A stretch of 62,922 bases of DNA, filler included, from Octopus bimaculoides (taxonomy: Eukaryota): the NCBI RefSeq assembly GCF_001194135.2. It is 3 parts of 3 records of this genome, joined end to end, with 100 filler letters (N's around TTAATTAATTAA, not from the genome) between each part and the next. Parts side by side here need not be neighbours in the genome. Positions count along the whole stretch, not along the records: positions 53,332 to 62,922 come from NC_068991.1; 2 more parts are not named here. One strand, 5' to 3'. The position numbers were made by a program, and so were the translations under genes. Every line of letters begins with the position of its first letter. The first letter of the stretch is position 1. Positions 53,976-62,922 of this stretch are shown here, one piece after another. Under the pieces are notes generated by a model. The model made no database searches, had not been told where the DNA came from, and worked only from the letters and a program-made list of their open reading frames with translations.

Positions 53976-54441
53976 TTAAAGCAAAGTTGTTGATGAAGAG
54001 TACCTAAGGAAAGGAAGAGGTATAAAGTAGTAGTGAGATCTGATCTTATTATATCAACACCAAAGCTTTGTAAGCAATGAATTTTCTTCTCCCCTTTTGC
54101 TGCTAAAATAAACAGTTTTTACCTTCCTTTCCTTTGCAGAAATGTTTCCCTTTGGACTTCTCTCTGTTCATATATCATCTCCATGTACTAACCTCTAACA
54201 GTTTGAATTAAATTGGATTTTGTTTTGTTTAGTTGGGGGTCAAGGGGCTCATGTAAATTACTCTAGAGTTAGGTTAATTAGTCCTTACTTTCTATCAGCA
54301 AAGAGTTTTTATCATCTTAACTGGGTCTTTTTTTATTATTAATTAATTTTTTATTTTAGGATTCATAAAAAATTTTTTAAAAAAAGAAGAAAGATTTGGC
54401 TCTTATATTAATATTTCTAACATATACTTAACATATAACAG

Positions 54442-54597
54442 GATATGGCTGCTGACAATGATGAGACCAGGCCTAATAAAGCTAAAGTGAGTTACGAATA
54501 TTTTGACCCTGGAAATCATTGGTGTCGTCATTGTAATTTGGTAACTGGAAACATCTATGAGCTATTTCACCATCTTCAGTCAAAAAAGCATAAAGCG
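54442..54597 (+). CDS. ZNF318: ZNF318-like protein, first visible coding exon (matrin/U1-type C2H2 finger 1); may be an internal exon
   Basis: AG acceptor ends at 54441 and GT donor is at 54598. Encodes DMAADNDE...YEYFDPGNHWCRHCNLVTGNIYELFHHLQSKKHKA, matching the D-x-GNHWC-x2-C...H-x5-H finger I recognise from ZNF318. Phase 0 joins the next exon. Confidence 0.85.
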
Positions 54598-55038
54598 GTA
54601 TGTTACATTTTAAGTTCTAATTTCTTTCAGGTGAAATTCTTCATATTAGTTCTTTAATGATTTTGTTTAGAGAAGTTTTAACTCATTTTTTGTTAATGTT
54701 AAGTGGGTGGGCAGACCCTGTTTGAAGATGGAGTGTTCGTTGGGGGAAATTTGACAGCTACAACAGTAAGTTAAGCAAATATATATCAAGTATATTATGA
54801 GTTTCTGGAATGGTTATGTAAGAATAAAATAACTGATATTAAGTAAAATCAAGAATCAGATGCCTACTCTTACACACATGAGTTCTTGTAGGTAAATGTT
54901 GACTATCAAAAGATTTATCAGAAAATGGTACAGTTATTTGTTTTACATTTTAGTAGATAAAGTTACCTTGACAGAAACTGAAGTGCCTGTGGAACCATTT
55001 GAAAACATGAACTATAGATCTATTTATTTCTACATCTA

Positions 55039-55186
55039 TCTATTATCAAACGAAAGTGAAACTTAGTTTTACATACTTTTACTGAAGCTCACCAATCATT
55101 TCCTTATTTACATCTATTATAAAATGAAAGTGAAACTTAGTTTTACATACTTTTACTGAAGCTCACCAATCATTTCCTTATTTACA
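55039..55186. repeat. Near-identical tandem duplication, 74 bp x2
   Basis: tctattat...gaaagtgaaacttagttttacatac...ccttatttaca starts at 55039 and 55113. Confidence 0.92.
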
Positions 55187-55880
55187 TTCATCATCTGGTT
55201 GAGCTTGCTTGGACATTTCAATCCTGCATTAGTTGGAAATCTTTGGGGAGGTATTCAGTGTCTCTGATGAGTTGATCTATGTGGGTTGTGTTTGGATGAC
55301 CTGTTTGAGTATGGCCATGCTTTAGCATCCATAACAGTAGGCCACTTGCCAGCTCTTGTTTAGCTTGCTAGCAATGTCCCACAAAGTGCAAGCACCTTTC
55401 CCTTATGATAATGGAAACAGGCAGATCTCCGTACAGTTGTTTCTTGGTGGATGCTGTCTAGAAATCAACCCTGTCAGACAACAGGACGCTTATAAAAAAA
55501 AAAAAGCTGGTATCTAACTAGATGGAACTTACACCTGAATGTTAACAGCAGTCTTTAACATATCTTATTTTACATAAATTTAGTAAATCTGTTCAAGCAA
55601 ATTATTCAGCGTTATCTTACCTCTAATCATATTCTTTATACATATGATTTTATACAAATTTAGAATATTTATTAATGTAGTTCTCACATTCTACTTTCAT
55701 CGTGAGGACTCTTGCAAATAAGGCTTTTGCAAACTTTGTAATTTTGGATATTTTTGTGTAAATCAATCCAGTATCCTAGATAGTGCTAGTAATTATCATA
55801 ATAATAGTAGTAATTATTTCTCCTAACATTTGCATATGGCCACAAATTGAGCCACATGCCCTAATATTACAGTGATAATA

Positions 55881-57168
55881 TTAGGTTGTCAAGTATGAAA
55901 TTTGTAGTAAGGTATATGGTAAACTTTGAGAGCTGCTCATTTTGCGCCATTATTATATTTTGACAATCTTTATTCTTTGTTAGAAAGCTGACACATCTAT
56001 TTCTTTATTCTACCTCATTTTGCGCTTTATAAAGTATTTATAAATCGTTTTTTGCTATTTTTCTTTAGAGATGGATAAGTTGGAAATTCATACAGTTTTG
56101 AAATATGAGTTCTTTCTTGGAAATACAGCATCACAGACAGCTCGGAATATTAATGGAGTATTTCATTCTAATGTTATTACACAGCAGACAGTATCAAATT
56201 GGTTTGCAAAATTTTGTTCTGGTAACTTTGACCTCACAAATGAGCAATGTGGTCAACCAGAAACAAAGGTGGATAATGACAAACTGAAAGCCACCGTCGA
56301 GTCAGATCCATCTCAAAGTGCCCGTGTATTATCGTTGTTGTTTGGTGTTAGCAAGCAAATAATATTGACTCACCTAGTTCAAATCGGTAAAGTGAAAAAG
56401 TTGGATAAGTGAGTTCCACATGAACTCAGTGAAAATCAGAAACAGCAACATATGGAAGCCTGCATTATGCTACTTTCTTGTCACAAAAATGAATCATTTT
56501 TGAATCGAATTGTAACATGTGATGAGAAATAGATCCAATACAACAACCGTAAATGTTCAGCACAATGGTTGGACAAAGACGAGCCACTAAAACACAGTCC
56601 AAAAAGCAAAATTCATCAAAAGAAGCTGATGGTGTGTGTTTGGTGGTCTGGTACAGGTGTGATCCATTATGATTTCATTAAACCTGGCTCATCAATCATG
56701 GCCGAAGTATACTGCAGTCAACTGGACCAAATGATGCAGAAACTTACCAAAAAAAACAGCCTAGATTAGTCAACAGATCCACTCCTATTTTATTGCAAGA
56801 CAACGCCAGACCACACATCACAAAAATAACATTAGTGAAACTACAGGAATTGGAGTTGGAAGTTCTCCATCATCCACCATACTCACCTGATCTTGCCCCC
56901 ACTGACTACCACTTCTTCCAGAATTTGGATAACTTTTTCATAGGAAAAAAAATTTAATTCCGACAATGCTGTAGAACAGGCCTTCCAAGATTATATTGAC
57001 TTTAGATTGCCAGGCTTTTACAGTTATGGGCTGGACAAACTACCGCTGAAATGGCAAAAGTGTATTGACAATATGGGTGCATACTTTGATGAATAAAACT
57101 ATCCCTTGTATTTATAAAACAGCAAACTTTTTTTTCTTTTCTTACAAATTTCATACTTGATGACCTAA
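55881..57168 (+). mobile_element. Full-length but inactivated mariner (Tc1/mariner, DD34D) transposon in the ZNF318-like intron
   Basis: About 28-bp TIRs (ttaggttgtcaagtatgaaatttgta / tacaaatttcatacttgatgacctaa) flanked by TA at 55879-80 and 57169-70; length 1288 bp. Confidence 0.95.
56071..57096 (+). pseudogene. Mariner transposase pseudogene
   Basis: N-terminal HTH region, (W)VPHEL, catalytic TCDE, QDNARPH and YSPDLAPTD motifs, ending ...GAYFDE*. Premature stops at 56410-12 and 56530-32; frameshifts in A-runs near 56750 and 56945. Confidence 0.93.
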
Positions 57169-57622
57169 TAATGGTAATGACGATAGCTTCTGACATAGTC
57201 CTAAGGCCATGTTGAGTATGAGAATAGTCGATTAAGTTGTGTCAGTGTTTTACTAATAGTTATTTAAAAATGCTAGTGTCAAGTGAATCAGCATGTTCTC
57301 ATGTCTACTAAAAATATATCACCTTTTGACAGTTAGAAATCCTTCATGTTGTTATTATAATCCACACAAAGAACCTTGCAAACCAGATACAAAAACAAAA
57401 TGATAATAATGATGTCTTTTAATTTAATTTAACTGTATTTTATTTATGGTAGTTTTATACAGAAGATACACAAAGTGAAAATAAGACAAAAGATTCACAT
57501 CACTTATTCTAAACAATTTGACTAAAATTTTAGGGGCTGGGGTGGAACAGAAAGCTTTCTATAAATTTGTGTGTTTTGTCTGTCTTTAAGTAAGATAATT
57601 CTAATAAACTTCCTTCACCCAG

Positions 57623-57719
57623 AAACTTGATCACTATGACCGTCCTTGGTTACCTGAATCCATAAAGAATCCTAGTAATAAACCAAAGATGGGACAAGTC
57701 CAGATGGCACCTATTAAAG
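57623..57719 (+). CDS. ZNF318: ZNF318-like protein, linker exon (not in ORF track)
   Basis: ccttcacccAG acceptor, GT donor at 57720. Encodes KLDHYDRPWLPESIKNPSNKPKMGQVQMAPIK(G), corresponding to the LDPYxRPW...PxKG linker between the two ZNF318 fingers. The phase 1 end fits the next exon. Confidence 0.85.
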
Positions 57720-57976
57720 GTATTTTGTTCTTTTTTTTTTTTTTGCCATTTAAATAGAGACCTTTCACCTAGTTTATAACGCCTTTAACTAAATATTTTA
57801 TCATCAACCTTACATTCATTGTTAATGATTCTGGAATAATTTTATCAATCACAGAAATCTGTGTGAATATATTCGTGAAAAACAAAATTAGTTATAAAAT
57901 ACATCTTCGAAGTAGTACCAGCTTTTTCCTTTGTTAATTTTTCTCCTTTGAAAATGACAGTTTTCATCTATTACAG

Positions 57977-58095
57977 GTGTGGAGTTTCTCATGTCAACTC
58001 ATGCTTTTTATTGCACTTTGTGTAAAGAATTTTCTGGTGATGTTCTCTGTGCTGAAGCTCACTTAAAAAGTGACAGTCATAATACAACTTATCAG
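57977..58095 (+). CDS. ZNF318: ZNF318-like protein, matrin-type zinc finger 2 exon
   Basis: ttacAG acceptor, GT donor at 58096. Encodes (G)VEFLMSTHAFYCTLCKEFSGDVLCAEAHLKSDSHNTTYQ (GxEFL...FYCxLCxEFxGD...H-x5-H). Confidence 0.88.
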
Positions 58096-59387
58096 GTTGG
58101 TATGATCATATATTTTAGAAACATATGGTCTGTGGCTTTCCTATTTCTGGACAATATTTCTAGTATTGTTGCTGCTGATACCACAAATCTTAATCATCAT
58201 CAATCTCTCCACCCATCAACTAGCACTAAAGAGGTTTGTCTCTCATAAGATTAAAGTGCTCTTTCTACCCAGTGGCCCCCTCCATTAATTCCTTCCTCCC
58301 CTCCTCTGCTGCACCTTCCTTCCCATCTACCTCACCCCTTTGGTCGTCCCTCTTAATAACTTTACAATGCAGACTGGGTGCATTTTATCATGCCACTAAC
58401 ATGAGGGAGGCTGCCTACAAGAGAACTGAAAAGTCCCCTTTAATCTATGTTAACTTTGTTCATGCAGTCCTTGCACATACTTAACATACTTTGTTTCCGT
58501 ATAAGCTTAAATTTTTCTCTTGAATATCCATGGAAATGCTTTGTGAAGTAAGTTTTAATTCGCCTAAATTCAAATAAAACAAATTAAATTAAGTTGATGC
58601 ACTTTCAGATAAATATAGTAATATAATATTAGTTATAACATACGCATGTTTACATCTTATGAGTTATGAACAACAAAAACAAAACTGATTTTTTTAAAAC
58701 CAAAGATCTTTATATGTAAATAAAAGCATAAAAAATGTCCAGATATGAAAAATGTTCATATTCAAGGAATGTCTGCATGGTATTAACTGACATTGTATAG
58801 AATATGATAACTGAATCCTAAGATAGCAACATGATACTGTTTCATCATTTGACATCATTATTCTCATTGCTTTAATTTCCATTTTGCTATATTTTCATTG
58901 GTTGGGCCTACAATATTACTCTTCCTTAATATCTTTGAGATTACACAAACATCTATTTTATGACACTTAGTGCTATCTTAATTACTTCTTCTCATATATC
59001 CATTGTTCTATTTTGTAGGTATCATTTATTCGTTACATATCTATACTAGGATAGTTCCCTCTTCTGTACACATAATTTGTTGGTGCTAATTCCTAACCAT
59101 TTCCTTAGCTCATGTATTTACTGTATATTCAAGATTTTCTTTTAAAATTTTTTATACATTTTTCCATTTCATATTTTCTTTAATATTTAGAAACATAGTA
59201 TCCTGTTTTTAAAAATTGTAACATTTCTTTAATAAAAAAATTTGCTTCATTTTACCATATTATAATGTTCAGCATATCTTGTTTCAGTCCTTCTTTGATT
59301 TGAATTTAACTTAATCATAACTTTACTCTTAACATAACTGATTACCTGTAAGAAAAAAAAAAGATAAATCTATAATGTACTTTTCAG

Positions 59388-60839
59388 AAACACATTCAAG
59401 AAAATCCATATTATGAAAAGCGGTTAAACCTTGATAAAGCAGCAGGTCTTCAGTTTTTCACTTCTGATAAAGGAGAAAAAAGGAAAAACACTGAAGACAG
59501 TGAAATGGAAGAAAGGAAAGATAGTTTTAAAAAAATTCAACATGATTCTAAAGAAAAATTTTTAGAAGTGAATAAAGAGACAGAAGCTTCGTCAAAGGAT
59601 TTAATAAAAGATACAAAGACTGACTCTGAAATATCAGCTGAAATTTTTTCTGAAGAAATTCAGAAAGAAAACTTTGAAAATAACAGTAATAAGAAAGCTG
59701 GAGTATCTTCCAGTTGTGAAAATAAACAAAAGAACGAACAAGATGAGACGAAAGTAACAGTTTTGGAGGCAAGTTCTGCAAAAAACAAAATTTTGGATCA
59801 AGCAAAATCATCTGTTCAAAGGTCAAAGATCGCAATTAAGCTTACTGGTAAAACAGTCATAAAGCCACTTCAGTATCCTGTGTTACCACCTTCAATACCT
59901 GTTGGTAAAATGCCTGGTCGACACAAAAAGCGAAGTGTTAAAGCTGGTTTTGGTAAGAAAGTATGGCCAGTCAAGGAAATTGAAAACCAATTATCACTTG
60001 ATGACTTCTTGACATGTTCAAATAACCATGGTAGTGTCCCAGTCGTTTCAGATATAGAAACTGATGAAGAAAGGACTGATATTAAAATAACAAATATTAA
60101 CACTTCTAGACAATCAGCTGATACTTCGATTCTACAGGAATCTATTGATAATACTGAAAATAAGAAATCTTCTCAGAAATCCTTGCCAGAATCTTACACA
60201 TCTACAACTTCTGTCTCTGTTACCCAAATGTCTAGTAACTGTCTTCTCCCAATTGATGTTTTAGCAACAGCACCTCCCCCACCTCCCCCACCAGTAAATG
60301 CTTATAAGAATTCAAGTAATGTATTTGGGGATACTGAAAATTCTGATGTGTATACTTTTCCAGCAGTTGACCAAAAATCAATTAATATACATGAATTAAA
60401 CAAATGGAGTGAAGCTAAGATTATTTCTGAAAGTAAAAAAGGAGCAAGAACTTTGTTGAACCAACAAGAATATGAAACACAAATGGCAGTATCTACTGGT
60501 GTCAGTACCAAATCTGAAGAGTTTTCAGCAGAAGATCTTGATGATATGAGACTCCTAGGTATTGATCCTGCTTCTCAGGTTCCTATGGCAGAAGTGCGCC
60601 CACCACCTTCACTTCTCTCTTTAACAGCACATAACATGACTAATGGGGATCATAAAGTTAAGAGTAAACCCATCAAAGACAAAAACTGTGTGGGCAATAG
60701 TCACAATGTTTCTTTTGTAGATAATAGTACCATATGTGAAAAAGATGGAAAACAACTAGAATCTGAATGTTTGGTTTCTTTTGATGAAAACAAAGAGCAA
60801 TCTCCTGATGAACCTTCTCAAGTTTGTTCAGAGACTGGG
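59388..60839 (+). CDS. ZNF318: ZNF318-like protein, large exon: post-finger helix plus long low-complexity/disordered region
   Basis: ttttcAG acceptor ends at 59387. Starts KHIQENPYYEKRLNLDKAAGL (ZNF318-type ENPxYExRxNLDxxAGL), in frame with ORF 59505-60857; includes a poly-Pro run. A perfect GTAAGT donor at 60840 suggests splicing onward rather than use of the stop at 60855-60857. Confidence 0.85.
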
Positions 60840-61580
60840 GTAAGTAATCTAAGTTGATTTATTTACTGGGAGTAAATGCTATTTACTTATAGCTGGTTAT
60901 GAGTAGGCAGTACTTGTCTGTGATAATTGTCAATGATGTTGTTTATCCTTCAAGCAGCCCTGAACAAGCATACCTATTGTCAAAAACATTCAAGTTGTGT
61001 CTATCTTGTATTTTTGTATATCAGAGACTCCATTGTCCACTGTGACTTCTTTTAAACAATATGGTATGATTTGAAGGAGATTTGGCTACTATTTCTACTA
61101 GGTTGGACATGATGTACAGGCTCCCTCATTGGTATTATGTATATAAACTATAAGAATTATTAAGTAATGTATATAGCACATATGATATTTGCTGAATGAA
61201 AATATGAAGCAAATGTGATGAATGCTGTATGTATATTACAGCTATCATAACTGGAATGAGAGTAAACACTAGCTGTAATCATGGATGGGAAGGGGTTGTA
61301 TAGAAACTATTACTGCTGAATAAGAATCCTTTGCCATTATAGTTACATTATCTAATTATTACATCAAAAATCCAATCAAGTGTTTTTTTATTTTCATATT
61401 TTCTTCCTATTTACCTATTGTTAACCCAAGTAAAGAATATTTTTATCCCACTTGTTTTTGAAAGTGCAGCGATGGCAGATGATTTCTTCACAGGAAACAT
61501 CATTGTTTCTAATTCTAAGAGCTTTTTCATGTTAAGCACACACGTACACACAAACACACGCGCACACACACACACACACA

Positions 61581-61637
<57 letters not shown>

Positions 61638-62027
61638 NNNNNNNNNNNNNNNNNNNNNNNNNNNNNNNNNNNNNNNNNNNNNNNNNNNNNNNNNNNNNNN
61701 NNNNNNNNNNNNNNNNNNNNNNNNNNNNNNNNNNNNNNNNNNNNNNNNNNNNNNNNNNNNNNNNNNNNNNNNNNNNNNNNNNNNNNNNNNNNNNNNNNNN
61801 NNNNNNNNNNNNNNNNNNNNNNNNNNNNNNNNNNNNNNNNNNNNNNNNNNNNNNNNNNNNNNNNNNNNNNNNNNNNNNNNNNNNNNNNNNNNNNNNNNNN
61901 NNNNNNNNNNNNNNNNNNNNNNNNNNNNNNNNNNNNNNNNNNNNNNNNNNNNNNNNNNNNNNNNNNNNNNNNNNNNNNNNNNNNNNNNNNNNNNNNNNNN
62001 NNNNNNNNNNNNNNNNNNNNNNNNNNN

Positions 62028-62067
<40 letters not shown>

Positions 62068-62527
62068 CAGTTTCTTCCTACAAAATCCACTCACAAGGCA
62101 TTGGTCTGTCTGAGGTTGGAAGTACTTGCCCTAGGGCCTGTGTTGTGGGACTGGACCCAAAATCACATAGTTGAGAGCCATGTTTACATATAAGTATTAT
62201 TTTGTATTAAAATGTCAGATGCCTTTAAATTCCTCTCAGGCAAGTTATTTTCATATCCTTGTTATTCAAATTAATTCTGTTATCTCACTGAAGACTTATT
62301 CTTTGAATTCATTTGTGGTACAATTACATAGAGCTCAAAGTGAAACATTCTAGACTTCGAGTGCTTGCAGGATACCATAGATATGCATGTACCAAATCCA
62401 ATTTATGACAATTGATTCGAATCACCAGTGGATCCTTGGGTTGGTGTAGGTATCAAATGAATGGCCTTTAAAATTTACAACAGTTGCTTCAGTAGAAACT
62501 TATTTTATGTAAAAGATTACATTATAC

Positions 62528-62888
62528 TATTGTTGTTGGCACGATGTCGCGGGTTCCTGTTGATCCGATCAACGGAACAGCCTGCTCGTGAAATTAACGT
62601 GCAAGTGGCTGAGCACTCCACAGACACATGTACCCTTAACGTAGTTCTCGGGGATATTCAGCGTGACACAGTGTGACAAGGCTGACCCTTTGAATTATAG
62701 GCACAGCAGAAACAGGAAGTAAGAGTGAGAGAAAGTTGTGGTGAAAGAGTACAGCAGGGTTCGCCACCATTCCCTGCCGGAGCCTCGTGGAGCTTTAGGT
62801 GTTTTCGCTCAATAAACACTCACAACACCCGATCTGGGAATCGAAACCGCGAGTCCGCTGCCCTAACCACTGGGCCATTGCACCTCCA
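62528..62888 (-). mobile_element. tRNA-derived SINE family C, near full-length
   Basis: Minus-strand head ggaggtgcaatggcccagtggttagggcagcggactcgcggtttcgattccc has an A-box (tggcccagtgg) and B-box-like gtttcgattcc; GC-richer body ending in (AAC)n. Confidence 0.8.
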
Positions 62889-62922
62889 CTACATTATAAT
62901 AAACTGGTAAGATTTTGAGCAG

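Noticed and set aside
61411-61530. Candidate next ZNF318-like exon (MADDFFTG...)
   Set aside because: Phase-0 acceptors tested give a stop or unconvincing peptide, and the ORF runs into microsatellite.

Overview
AT-rich, microsatellite-dense metazoan DNA with many assembly gaps. The SINE families and repeat landscape resemble an octopus (coleoid) genome; this is an inference, not a search result. Two identical 100-bp spacers (44 N + TTAATTAATTAA + 44 N, at 30429-30528 and 53232-53331) split the window into three joined pieces whose adjacency is not guaranteed. The one host gene I can support is a ZNF318-like matrin zinc-finger gene: four spliced coding exons at 54442-60839 (+), with a decayed full-length mariner in an intron. 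The rest is transposon debris: a decayed L1/Tx1-like LINE with a nested SINE, RTE and R4/Dong-like fragments, several tRNA-derived SINE families, MITE/fold-back elements and microsatellites. The most interesting signals are RNA-structural. One is a near-canonical type I hammerhead ribozyme fold at 14321-14365 followed by a chain of hairpins. The other is a head-to-head inverted dimer of a tRNA-headed element carrying a degenerate minimal hammerhead motif (53573-53975), suggesting retrozyme or Penelope-type mobile RNAs.
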